Shown: positions 19,931 through 29,779, numbered from the stretch's first letter. The stretch is 41,794 nt of DNA from Methanobacterium sp. (GCA_003166335.1 PMWA01000019.1:1-41794), one strand, 5' to 3'. A program made the numbers and translations. Notes: generated by a model from the letters alone, not told the origin.

Positions 19931-20716
19931 CTAAATTTTATTAAAAAATTCTAATTTTTTCCAGTCCATATCAAAGACACTAGAAAAGTAAGAAGCTAAA
20001 GAAACGTTGGAAATGAAAATGGCAAACACATTATCTAAATCTGGAACATCATCCTGTACTTGGGATATCATAATTAAAGTTTCCCTGTCATCGACCAGCA
20101 TTGTTTTAATGAAATAGGGATGTCCCACTTTTATATCATTAATAGCTTCTGATAAACTTTTTATTATGTTGAATTGTTTATCTTTGAGTTTTATTGAAGG
20201 TGTGGTTATGATACGAACGCTGACTCCTCGATTTTTGGCTTTAATTATTTGATCTTTGATAATAGTTAATTCATCGGGAAAATAAAGACTACCCATCAAC
20301 ATTATCCTTTTTTTAGAGCCAGACATGATTTCAGCAGTTAGTTGGAGTAATGTATCCAAACTATGTATAATCCTGACTTTGGGGATTTCATTTTCTAATA
20401 TACGGTCATAAGTCATTGATAATTCGGATGATATTCTATCAATATCCGTATTCATTTGTGATTTATGTTCTTCTATAACCTCACCGGGATATTTAGGTGT
20501 TATAATAGTTGGCCTGCCTTTTTCGATGGTTATCCAGTTATCAGTGGATAGTTTCTTTAACACGCCATAAATCTTTGTGCGGGGAACACCGGATTCCTCT
20601 GCAATGATGGATGGATTGGTGACACCTGTTGTCATAAGCGCGGCATAAACTTTAGCTCCGTAGTAAGTTAAACCAAGTTTTTGTAAAGTTTGCATAGTAA
20701 GTTGATCATAGATCAT
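19931..20716 (-). CDS. TrmB family transcriptional regulator (wHTH plus effector domain)
   Basis: LQKLGLTYYGAKVYAAL...IAEESGVPRTKIYGVLKKL...GRP; C-terminal RGVSVRII, MLVDDRE. Confidence 0.92.
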   Translation of the reverse strand: MIYDQLTMQTLQKLGLTYYGAKVYAALMTTGVTNPSIIAEESGVPRTKIYGVLKKLSTDNWITIEKGRPTIITPKYPGEVIEEHKSQMNTDIDRISSELSMTYDRILENEIPKVRIIHSLDTLLQLTAEIMSGSKKRIMLMGSLYFPDELTIIKDQIIKAKNRGVSVRIITTPSIKLKDKQFNIIKSLSEAINDIKVGHPYFIKTMLVDDRETLIMISQVQDDVPDLDNVFAIFISNVSLASYFSSVFDMDWKKLEFFNKI

Positions 20717-20726
20717 AATTAGTAAA

Positions 20727-20754
20727 TGTGCCTTATACCCTTATATAAGTTACA
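20727..20754. promoter_or_regulatory. Candidate TrmB operator, copy 1 (divergent trmB/ycaC-like promoter)
   Basis: TGTGCCTTAT-ACCCTTAT-ATAAGTTACA; 24/28 identical to the palindrome at 23234-23261. Confidence 0.7.
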
Positions 20755-20822
20755 AAAAATTTAACTTCTTCAAATATCTACTTTAATACAATTAGATAAA
20801 TTTTGAATGGGGGATAATAAAG

Positions 20823-21506
20823 ATGAGTAAATATGAGGAAAATAAAGGTCCTAGCGAAGCATTAACACCTGATAATGCAGCATTACTACTTATTGATCAT
20901 CAGGTGGGGTTGATGCAATTAGTAAGTGATATCTCTCCTGAACAATTTAGGAATAATATCTTAGGACTGGCTAAAACCGCTGAATTATTTAAACTACCTG
21001 TAATATTAACAACTAGTCGTGATTGGGGTCCTAATGGTCCTATTCTACCCGAATTGAGAAAGTTATTCCCAGATGTTAAGGTGATAAGACGTCCGGGTGT
21101 AATTAATGCATGGAGGTGGCCTGAATTTCGTGAAGCAGTTGATTCTATAGAGAGAAAGAAATTGATTATAGCAGGCCTGACTGATTCAACTTGCTTGCAA
21201 TTCCCCGCTCTTGATGCTGTTCTTGAAGGATATGAAGTGTATGGAGTCATTGATGCTAGCGGAGCGGTTAGTAAACATGAACGGGAAGCAACCGTATCAG
21301 TATTGAGTCAGGTGGGTGTGAAAGTACGTAATTGGTGGTCAATAGCTGCTGAACTGCAGGCTGATTGGCGTCGCGATGAAGATAAAGGATGGCCTATGGC
21401 CATGATATTCCGAGAACATCTACCCAGCTGGGGATACTTACTGGATACTTCTTCAGCATATGAAATTGGCGAAATGGTGCCCCCTCCAGAATCAAACACT
21501 AAATAG
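20823..21506 (+). CDS. YcaC-like isochorismatase-family cysteine hydrolase
   Basis: LLIDHQVGL, PVILTTS, GPNGP, RPGVINAW, TDSTCLQFP, DASG. Confidence 0.92.
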   Translation: MSKYEENKGPSEALTPDNAALLLIDHQVGLMQLVSDISPEQFRNNILGLAKTAELFKLPVILTTSRDWGPNGPILPELRKLFPDVKVIRRPGVINAWRWPEFREAVDSIERKKLIIAGLTDSTCLQFPALDAVLEGYEVYGVIDASGAVSKHEREATVSVLSQVGVKVRNWWSIAAELQADWRRDEDKGWPMAMIFREHLPSWGYLLDTSSAYEIGEMVPPPESNTK

Positions 21507-21763
21507 TTTTACATAAATACATCCATTTTTAATATTTTTCACGTATTTTTTTCTTTTTTTTTAAAGATTTATGGTTGCGAGACTTTGATCTAATCTGCTG
21601 AAAAGCCAATGGCAAAAAAATAAAGTTGATTTTTTATAAATTACATTTAAGTAAAATTTTAGTGGATAATACTAAGTGATTTTACTTTCATAAAATCTGG
21701 AAGTGAATTGGGTAGGGCAAAAAATAGATATTCAAAGTGGATTTATTTTGGGAGGAGTAATTA

Positions 21764-22106
21764 ATGAGCGAATTTAAACAAACTCTGGGTACTATATCAC
21801 CACAAGATGCATTTGACTTGCTTAAAGAACATGAAAATGACTCTAATTATATTATTCTTGATATTAGACCTCATGAAGAATTTGATGAAGAACATATCAC
21901 TGGTGCGAAGAATTTAGATTACGATGGCCATGAATCCAAAAAAAGTGAATAAACTTGATAAAGAAAAAAGTTATTTCATACTGTATAAGTGGAATTAGAG
22001 GAAGCTATTTTCTGGAAAAAAATGAAATATTCAGGATTTAATGAAGCTTAAATATTTAGGTGGATTTATGGGTTGGAAAAGGAGTAAACTTCCTCTTGTA
22101 AAATGA
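21764..22106 (+). pseudogene. Rhodanese-like protein, multiply frameshifted
   Basis: ILDIRPHEEFDEEHITGA, then across about 4 indels LDKEKSYF/CISGIRG/GFNEA/LGGFMGWKRSKLPLVK*. Confidence 0.88.
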
Positions 22107-22126
22107 TTAGTAGGAGAATTTAACAA

Positions 22127-22996
22127 ATGAAAATATTAAGAAAAGTTATTGACATTATTGACCCTATTTATGTGATGGAAGGTGCAGGTGTACGTTTACG
22201 CCGGAGTATAGCGACTCAAAAATTGGATTATCTTGACCCATTCTTACTTTTTGATCACTTCGGCTCGGAAAATCCTCAAGATTATCTTGCTGGTTTTCCT
22301 ATGCATCCTCACCGTGGTATTGAAACAGTAACTTATATTTTAAACGGTCGGGTAGATCATAACGATAGCTTGGGCAATTCTGGAACTATTGGTAAAGGTG
22401 ATGTCCAATGGATGACTTCAGGCAGTGGAATCCTTCATGAAGAAATGCCTAAAGAACCTAAAATAGGTGTGATGGAAGGTTTTCAATTATGGGTAAATCT
22501 ACCAGCCAAGCTGAAAATGACCACACCGCGATACCAGGAAATTAAATCATCACAAATCCCTGAAATTCGTCGTGAAGATGGAGTGGTAGTAAGGATAATT
22601 GCAGGAGGGGTGGAAGGTGTGAAAGGTGCTGTTACTGAGATATATGCGAATCCGGAGTATCTGGACGTGTTTATACCTGCGGGATTTTCTTTCGAACAAC
22701 CAGTTAAGCGCGGCCACACAGTCTTTGCCTACCTATTTGAGGGTGAAGGAATTTTTGGGAAATTTGAGTTAGAATCTTGGGAAAACGGAACAAAAGCACA
22801 GGCAACTCGACTGATTATCTTTGGTGATGGAGATGTAGTAAGAGTATATGCAAATAAAAATTCAGTTAGAATTCTTTTAGTTTCAGGAAAACCTTTAAAC
22901 GAGCCCATTGCACGTTATGGTCCCTTTGTTATGAACACTGATATGGAGATCCAACAGGCCTTGGAAGATTTAAATAAAGGCACATTTGTCAAATAG
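22127..22996 (+). CDS. Pirin family protein
   Basis: DPFLLFDH, GFPMHPHRGIETVTY, QWMTSGSGILHEE, QLWVNLP, YGPFVMN. Confidence 0.96.
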   Translation: MKILRKVIDIIDPIYVMEGAGVRLRRSIATQKLDYLDPFLLFDHFGSENPQDYLAGFPMHPHRGIETVTYILNGRVDHNDSLGNSGTIGKGDVQWMTSGSGILHEEMPKEPKIGVMEGFQLWVNLPAKLKMTTPRYQEIKSSQIPEIRREDGVVVRIIAGGVEGVKGAVTEIYANPEYLDVFIPAGFSFEQPVKRGHTVFAYLFEGEGIFGKFELESWENGTKAQATRLIIFGDGDVVRVYANKNSVRILLVSGKPLNEPIARYGPFVMNTDMEIQQALEDLNKGTFVK

Positions 22997-23233
22997 GTTA
23001 TTAGGAACCTTGTAAAATTAGTATTTGGAGTTAAAAAAAAGAAGATTTTATGAAATTCATTTTTAATTTTTCATGGAATATATTTTTTAAGCTTGTTTAA
23101 GGCTTCATAAATAAAAATATTCCAAATTAATTATATCAAATCGAACCCACAACACATGGCTCTTTAAAAAATTGTTTATAATCAGACTATTGTCTTTCTT
23201 TGATTTTAGGATATTATTGAATATTCGAGTACA

Positions 23234-23261
23234 TGTAACTTATACCCTTGCATAAGTTACA
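23234..23261. promoter_or_regulatory. Candidate TrmB operator, copy 2 (perfect 10-8-10 palindrome)
   Basis: TGTAACTTAT-ACCCTTGC-ATAAGTTACA immediately before AAACTTTTATTA (BRE/TATA-like) upstream of the SnoaL-like gene. Confidence 0.75.
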
Positions 23262-23316
23262 AAACTTTTATTATAATGGATCATCTTAATTTTATATAAT
23301 AATTAAGAGGTGGTTT

Positions 23317-23751
23317 TTGGTGAGTGTAGATGAAAATATGCGATTAATGAAAACTTTGGATGATGCTTGGAATTCTCAAAATTGGGATACTTTTAATGAA
23401 AGGCATAATGAGGAAGTTGTTGTGTACTGGCCAGGTCAGCCAGAACCAACAAAAGGTGAACAAGCTCATCATTTGGAAGCTGTGGAATTCTTCAAGACAT
23501 TTCCAGACAACCATGTTGGAAACGACCCTTATAGGGTTTTATTTGGTCAGGAGGATTGGACTTGTTCTGTAGCCATATTCACCGGCACTATGAAAGGCCC
23601 CATGAAAACTGATGATGGTGAAATACCACCCACTAATAAAAAATTTAAAGTTAAATTCTGCACCGTTGCTCGCTGGAAAGATGGTAAAATCATTGAAGAA
23701 AATCTTTTCTACGACCAAATGGGACTGATGAAACAAATCGGTCTCATGTAA
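23317..23751 (+). CDS. SnoaL-like (NTF2 fold) ester cyclase family protein
   Basis: AWNSQNW, FFKTFPDNH, FTGTMKGP...IPPTNKKF, WKDGKIIEE...D..GLMKQIG. Confidence 0.9.
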   Translation: MVSVDENMRLMKTLDDAWNSQNWDTFNERHNEEVVVYWPGQPEPTKGEQAHHLEAVEFFKTFPDNHVGNDPYRVLFGQEDWTCSVAIFTGTMKGPMKTDDGEIPPTNKKFKVKFCTVARWKDGKIIEENLFYDQMGLMKQIGLM

Positions 23752-23806
23752 AAATAATTCATTAACTCCTAAAAACATCGAAAAAATATGTGGAGAAGGG
23801 AAGTTT

Positions 23807-24529
23807 TTGACAGAGAATAACAAAAAATTCATTAAAATAGTCCAGAATGGTCCGTTTCTAGTTTATGGTGGAATTCCGCTGGTTAAACTAATAATCAGTA
23901 CAGATGGTTCGGTATATCCTTATGAATGGCTTGAAAAACAGGTTTATCCTCAATTGGAAGAATATGCTCTTTGTCGATGCGGACAATCCGAAAACAAACC
24001 ATTTTGTGACGGTAATCATGAAAAATCCGATTTCAAAGGTATTGAAACTGCTAGCCGAGAATCTTATCTTATTGGTGCTAGCGAAATTAATGGACCGGAC
24101 TTAATATTAACTGACAATCGCGATTTATGCAATCATGCTGGTTTCTGTGATCGTTCAGGGGGAATAAGTAATCTTGTACTGCATTCAAATGATTCACAGT
24201 CCAAAAAAACTGCTATTCAAATAGCTGGAAACTGCAACTCCGGTAGATTAGTGGTATGGGATAAAGAAACCAAAAAACCTATTGAACCAGACTTTGAACC
24301 GTCCATAGCAGTCACTGAGGAACCTGACAAAGAAGTAAGCGGTCCTCTATGGGTTAGAGGAGCTATACCCATTGAATCTGCCGATGGAGATACATATGAA
24401 CTTCGAAACAGGGTCACATTATGCCGTTGTGGCAAATCCTATAATAAACCATTCTGTGATGGAACCCATATAATGACCGGTTTTAATGATGGTGACGAAT
24501 CCATTTTAAATGCAAGGATGAGAAAATAA
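23807..24529 (+). CDS. CDGSH iron-sulfur protein (two CDGSH domains around a divergent ferredoxin domain)
   Basis: CRCGQSENKPFCDGNH, CNHAGFC...CNSG, CRCGKSYNKPFCDGTH. Confidence 0.94.
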   Translation: MTENNKKFIKIVQNGPFLVYGGIPLVKLIISTDGSVYPYEWLEKQVYPQLEEYALCRCGQSENKPFCDGNHEKSDFKGIETASRESYLIGASEINGPDLILTDNRDLCNHAGFCDRSGGISNLVLHSNDSQSKKTAIQIAGNCNSGRLVVWDKETKKPIEPDFEPSIAVTEEPDKEVSGPLWVRGAIPIESADGDTYELRNRVTLCRCGKSYNKPFCDGTHIMTGFNDGDESILNARMRK

Positions 24530-24614
24530 AGCCTTTGACCCCCCAAAAAAAATTAAATTAATTTTTTTTTAAATGTGAGTTATTCTAATAATAAATGTTA
24601 GGAGTGATTTTTAA

Positions 24615-24928
24615 ATGGAGATGGTTTGTAACATATCAGATGTCCCTCTGGATACTATGAAAGGATTTAATGTAAAAGATAATTATGTTTTGGTTGCTAA
24701 TGTTGATGATAATTTTCATGTTGTAGATGCTGTTTGTCCTCATATGAGTGGTTTCATACCCGTGGGGAAATTGGAGAATAATTTTATTATTAGTTGTCTA
24801 CACACGGTGCTCAGTATGATGTTAGCACTGGAAAATTTATTAAAGACGTTGATGATGAAATAAAAGTTGCAACTGGAAGCGGTGCAAGTGATTTGCAGAC
24901 TTGTAAAGTGTGCAACCCAATACTCTAA
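24615..24928 (+). pseudogene. Rieske [2Fe-2S] ferredoxin, frameshifted and 3'-truncated
   Basis: VCPHM box 1; 1-nt loss in box 2 near 24797, the other frame reads HGAQYDVSTGK...DLQTCKV, then runs into MFS-derived sequence. Confidence 0.85.
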
Positions 24929-25030
24929 CCTTCATACAGTACAGGAATTTATAGTTATAATAATCATCATAGCATTTATAGACATTCCATTGATACATTT
25001 ACAAATTCACGATTTAAAAAAAAAGAAAAT
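24911..25030 (+). pseudogene. 3' fragment of an MFS paralogue of 18611..19897
   Basis: ATQYSNLHTVQEFIVIIIIIAFIDIPLI versus ALQYLNIFTAVREFVIIIIIIAIIDIPLI; shared DNA ttataataatcatcatagca. Confidence 0.8.
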
Positions 25031-25079
25031 ATATAGTATTTAACAAAAAAATCGTACCTTATTATGAATGGATCTATGT

Positions 25080-26240
25080 TCATTCATATAATTTTTTAAC
25101 CTTCTTTAACTCCTTAATGATTGGAATACCCTGTGTACAATGTTCTTCACATTGACCGCATTCTTTACATGCTGAAGCTTGTCCACCGTTTAACATACTA
25201 ATATCATATACAAATTGGAATCTTCCTTTTGTTTCTGGACTGCCAAAGAGATAATAGTCATTGTATTTTGCAAAATTCTCTGGAATATTCACTCCTTCAG
25301 GGCAAGGTAAACAATAACCGCAACCGGTACAACCTACTTCCAATTTATCTTTAAACACCATTTTAGCTTGATTTACTATATCTAATTCCTTTTGAGTTAA
25401 GGAATTTGGCTGAGCATCATTGACAATACTTAAATTGTCATTGACATCAATCATAGTATTCATTCCACTTAATACCACTGATACCTCAGGATGATTCCAA
25501 ACCCATCTTAAAGCCCATTCTGCAGGTGATCTCTTTACATTTGCTTGATCGAATATATCTTGAACTTCGTGTGGAATATTAACTGCAATCTGACCACCTC
25601 TTAAGGGTTCCATAACCGCCACACCTAAACCTTTATTAAATGCATATTTTAAACCCTCAGTTCCTGCTTGATAGTTTTCATCTAAATAGTTATACTGGAT
25701 TAGACAGAAAGACCAATCATAATGGTCTATTACTTCTTTAAAGAGTTCAATTCGATCATGGAATGAAAATCCAGCGTATTTTATTCTTCCATCATCAATG
25801 GCCTGATCTAAAAATTCTTCAAAACCTAATTCTTTCAATTTCTTCCAGTAAGAAGATGTGATACCATGAATTAAATAAAAATCAATGTAATTTGTATCCA
25901 GACGCTGTAATTGCTCATTCAAGTATTTATCCATATCTTCTCGGGTTTCTATCAACCAGCTGGGGAGTTTGGTGGATATTTTCACTTTTTCTCTGTAACC
26001 ATTTCTTAAGGCTTTTGCTACCAGAGGTTCACTTTCACCTGCCTCATGCATGCTAAAACCACCATATGGATAAGCTGTATCGATATAGTTCACTCCTTGG
26101 TCAATAGCATATTGAATCATGTTAATGGTTTTTTGTTCATCTATTTTAGTTGGATCATTCTCCATCATTGGAAGTCGCATGCATCCGAATCCTAAAACTG
26201 AAACTTTTTCATTTGTTTTCCCAAAATTTCTGTATAGCAA
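25080..26240 (-). CDS. Aldo/keto reductase with C-terminal 4Fe-4S dicluster domain
   Basis: LGFGCMRLP, NYIDTAYPY, STKLP, GFSFHD; CTGCGYCLPCP and CKECGQCEEHC. Confidence 0.95.
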   Translation of the reverse strand: MLYRNFGKTNEKVSVLGFGCMRLPMMENDPTKIDEQKTINMIQYAIDQGVNYIDTAYPYGGFSMHEAGESEPLVAKALRNGYREKVKISTKLPSWLIETREDMDKYLNEQLQRLDTNYIDFYLIHGITSSYWKKLKELGFEEFLDQAIDDGRIKYAGFSFHDRIELFKEVIDHYDWSFCLIQYNYLDENYQAGTEGLKYAFNKGLGVAVMEPLRGGQIAVNIPHEVQDIFDQANVKRSPAEWALRWVWNHPEVSVVLSGMNTMIDVNDNLSIVNDAQPNSLTQKELDIVNQAKMVFKDKLEVGCTGCGYCLPCPEGVNIPENFAKYNDYYLFGSPETKGRFQFVYDISMLNGGQASACKECGQCEEHCTQGIPIIKELKKVKKLYE

Positions 26241-26611
26241 TAAAATACATCTCCTTTTAATAAAAAAAACATGTATATAACTATTTATATAAATTAACGA
26301 ATTAAAACTTAGTATCTATTTTTACTTATTTGGAATGTTATTTATTATATTTTCTAATTACAATTTTATAATGGGCGTTTCATTCTACAAAGTTCATAGT
26401 ATAAATCTAAACCTCGAGTTTTTATATACCTTTATTTATTTTATAGACCCCTAATCAGTAGAGCTTATTAAAATTAGTTACTTCTATATTAAAACTTCTA
26501 CCAATAATTGAATGGGAAACTATATAACTTATTAACTCACTTTTAATGTTCAATTAATAATAAAATAATGAAAATTTTATCCCTATATAATATAGGAGGG
26601 GAGGTTTTATT

Positions 26612-28456
26612 TTGAGATTATTCAATAAAAAAAATCTTAATTATTTCCATTTTAACGATAAAAAGTTAATTGTGATGATGTTTAGCATTTCTGTACTATT
26701 TTTATGTTCTTTTTCCGGCAGCTATGCGGTTGCAACGAATTCTGGGACTAATAATTCATCTTTGAACACGACTCATTCAACATATAATATTAGTTATTTT
26801 GATACCACAGTGGGAGGCAATGTAACCAATAACTCTGCTATCAACCAGTACATACCAAAGACAAATTTAAGTAATCTAATTTTTAATATGACAGAAAATG
26901 GCTCTGTGATATTAAAATTTGGTAATGGTAACGGTCCTAAAGTACTCATCTCTGTAGGTGTTCATGGAAATGAACCCCAAGCCAACATAGCTGGTATGAT
27001 GTACCTGGAATTTATTCAAGACAAACAATTCAACGGTACACTATACATAATACCCTTCGATATACCACAAGACACGGCACACGATACTCGATATTATGAT
27101 GGATTGGACCCTAACCGTATCGCTAATATAAATGGAACACCCAGCTGGAAAATAGTTCAATTCGCTAGGGATAATGGAATACAATACTTTATAGATATAC
27201 ACTCTGGTGGGGGAGTGGGGTCTAATGGATTCATATACGTTAACCAAAATTCCATTATAGAGGAGAAAAATTTAGTAAACTATATCGTATCTAAAACTAA
27301 CTGCTCCTATGGTGTTGATCCTGCAGATAGTCCTGGTATGATACGTGATGCCGCACACAGTTACGGTATGAATAGTATCACTTTAGAAACTGAAAGAGAT
27401 ACTACACCTGTTATGGTAGCTGCCACGGCGGAATTTAAAATGTTATTAGCCGCGATGACTTATTTAGGATTCCCGGGAACCAATTATCATCCCGTTGTCA
27501 CATCCACTAACCCTCAAGTCAACTCCACCGGATTCTCACTCACAACCCCGGTAAAGATAACTTTTAATGAAAACATCCAACCCGGAGCAAATTTCGCGAA
27601 AATCTATATTAAAAACCTGTCTACAGGTAATATTGTTTCATTAGCCTCTAAAACAATCAGTGGAGATACATTAACTATTAAACAAACCTATAATAGACTT
27701 AGTGGAGATTTATATCAAGTTTACATACCCGCAGGTGCTATCACTGATCTCGCTGGGAATAATTTAACCAAACTTTACACTTTCAATTTCAAAACATTAA
27801 CATTAACTAATAACACCTATCCCACAGTAATCAGCAATAATCCCACTAGTAACGCAAAGGGAATCTCACTCACAACCCCGGTTAAGATAACTTTTAATGA
27901 AAACATTACAGCTGGAGAAAATTTCAATGGAATTTATGTTAAAAACCTAATCACGGGTAACATTGTTCATATAACCAGTGGGAGCATAACTGAGAACATT
28001 TTAACTATCCCACAAACCTCCAGTCGTTTATATAATGATACTTACCAGGTTTACATACCTGCAGGGGCAGTTATAGATTCTAAAGGTTCTAGTTTACTTG
28101 TAGCGTACATTTATGATTTCACTACAGTAACATCAACAACTATAAAACCACTAACCATCATTAGCACTAATCCCACTAGTAACGCAAAGGGAATCTCACT
28201 GAGAGCACCGGTAATTATAACCTTCAATGAAAACATCAACACCGGAGTTAATTACGCTGGTATCTATATCAAAAACCTTACCACTGGTAATATTGTATCA
28301 TTAACATCTGAAACTATCAAGGATAACACTTTAACTATCACAACAATCTACAATCATTTGAGTAATGACACTTATCAGGTTTACATACCAGCCGGTGCAG
28401 TTAAAGACTCAGTTGGAAATAATCTAGCATTAAATTACACTTTCCAAACACTCTAA
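26612..28456 (+). CDS. Secreted M14-like (succinylglutamate desuccinylase/aspartoacylase fold) zinc hydrolase with three Ig-like (Big_5/SbsA-type) repeats
   Basis: Signal peptide; GVHGNE, DPNR, DIHSG, TLETE catalytic motifs; three ITFNENI...YQVYIPAGA repeats. Confidence 0.88.
   Translation: MRLFNKKNLNYFHFNDKKLIVMMFSISVLFLCSFSGSYAVATNSGTNNSSLNTTHSTYNISYFDTTVGGNVTNNSAINQYIPKTNLSNLIFNMTENGSVILKFGNGNGPKVLISVGVHGNEPQANIAGMMYLEFIQDKQFNGTLYIIPFDIPQDTAHDTRYYDGLDPNRIANINGTPSWKIVQFARDNGIQYFIDIHSGGGVGSNGFIYVNQNSIIEEKNLVNYIVSKTNCSYGVDPADSPGMIRDAAHSYGMNSITLETERDTTPVMVAATAEFKMLLAAMTYLGFPGTNYHPVVTSTNPQVNSTGFSLTTPVKITFNENIQPGANFAKIYIKNLSTGNIVSLASKTISGDTLTIKQTYNRLSGDLYQVYIPAGAITDLAGNNLTKLYTFNFKTLTLTNNTYPTVISNNPTSNAKGISLTTPVKITFNENITAGENFNGIYVKNLITGNIVHITSGSITENILTIPQTSSRLYNDTYQVYIPAGAVIDSKGSSLLVAYIYDFTTVTSTTIKPLTIISTNPTSNAKGISLRAPVIITFNENINTGVNYAGIYIKNLTTGNIVSLTSETIKDNTLTITTIYNHLSNDTYQVYIPAGAVKDSVGNNLALNYTFQTL
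27490..28453 (+). repeat. Three intragenic Ig-domain repeats with 330-bp period
   Basis: Equivalent segments tctcact end at 27540, 27870 and 28200. Confidence 0.9.
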
Positions 28457-28635
28457 AAAAAAACTTTTATAAAACTTTTTTTCTATTTTTTTTTAACTAA
28501 AATATTATGAATTTGTTCAATGATTATTAATGTTCTACTTATTAACTTTTTTTAAATGAATTTGAACCATATAATTTTATACGAAATCAATATATAAATT
28601 TTAATTGTTAAACATCCATATTGGGGGGATTAGAA

Positions 28636-29364
28636 ATGGAAATAGGAGATATAATTAATGATGCAGTTAGGTATCCATCATCTGATTGGTCAAAGGTTTT
28701 TATTTTAGGAGTTATATTTATAGCTTCTTTTTTAATTATACCAATATTTCTAGCTTTTGGATATCTATTTAGAATAATAAAAGCAACTTTTGCCGGTATT
28801 GATGAACTTCCAGATTTCGATGATTTAGGCGACATGTTCATAGATGGTCTTAAAGTGTTTATAGTAGGTGTAGTCTATGCTATTCCATTGATATTAATTT
28901 CACTTATAATTTCAGTAATATTTGGTATTAGTCATAACACAGCGATTAACTTAGGCACATTTACCGGATTCAATGTATTCGCTTTAGCAACCGCCTATAT
29001 AATATATTTAATAGTTGCAATCATTATTGGTTTAGTTGAGTACATGGCTATTGCAAACATGGCATTATATGATGGGGATTTAGGTGCAGCTTTTAAATTT
29101 AATGAAATAATGGATAGAATAGCTAGAATTGGATGGAGTAAATATATCATATGGTACGTTGTTATGATATTATTGGCATTGGTCACTGGTTTAATATCAG
29201 TTTTAACGCTTGTGATATTTGTCGGTATCATTCTAGTGCCTTTGATAATTACGCCTTTCTTCAGCATGTTCGCTGCAAGATCACTTTCATTGTTATTTGC
29301 ATCCAGCGAGGAAACACCGAAAACTTCAACTGAACCAGCAGAACCTGTGGAAACTACAGATTAA
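28636..29364 (+). CDS. DUF4013 membrane protein
   Basis: IGDIINDAVRYP..DW, GYLFRII, LPDFDDLGDMFIDGLK, GAAFKF; ATG 28636 follows a GGGGGGA RBS (ORF track starts at 28621). Confidence 0.92.
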   Translation: MEIGDIINDAVRYPSSDWSKVFILGVIFIASFLIIPIFLAFGYLFRIIKATFAGIDELPDFDDLGDMFIDGLKVFIVGVVYAIPLILISLIISVIFGISHNTAINLGTFTGFNVFALATAYIIYLIVAIIIGLVEYMAIANMALYDGDLGAAFKFNEIMDRIARIGWSKYIIWYVVMILLALVTGLISVLTLVIFVGIILVPLIITPFFSMFAARSLSLLFASSEETPKTSTEPAEPVETTD

Positions 29365-29779
29365 ATCTGTTATAAAAATTTAAAATTAAATTATTACTTA
29401 ATTTTCTATTTTTTTTTATATTTCAAATAACTTAATTTATTTTATTACTCTAAGTTTTTATTCTTAATAAAATTTTTCTTGTATTATTTGTTCTATTCTT
29501 ATTAAACTTTTTTTTAAATAGGTTTTGATGCATATAAATTTATATGATTATATTAAATCAATTCCATACAATTTAAATGGGTGAATTTAGAAAATGAAAT
29601 GTTCTAATTGTGATACAGAAAATCATGAGGGCGCTATATATAAAATCGTATATTTAATTTCCGTTAATTTACATTTTATCTAATATAAACTGTATGAGAC
29701 TTTAAAAAGTAGTATTATAAGTAAATATGAATCATCAGATAAAATTAGATAAGTTTTTGATTAGTTTAATAAGAGATAA

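Noticed and set aside
21640..21730. Possible coding remnant (…SELGR…, faintly ferritin C-terminus-like) upstream of the rhodanese
   Set aside because: Too short and degenerate to support without a search.
23138..23155. TCGAACCCAC resembling a tRNA T-arm (possible att site)
   Set aside because: Only about 8 nt match and no acceptor-stem sequence; expected by chance.
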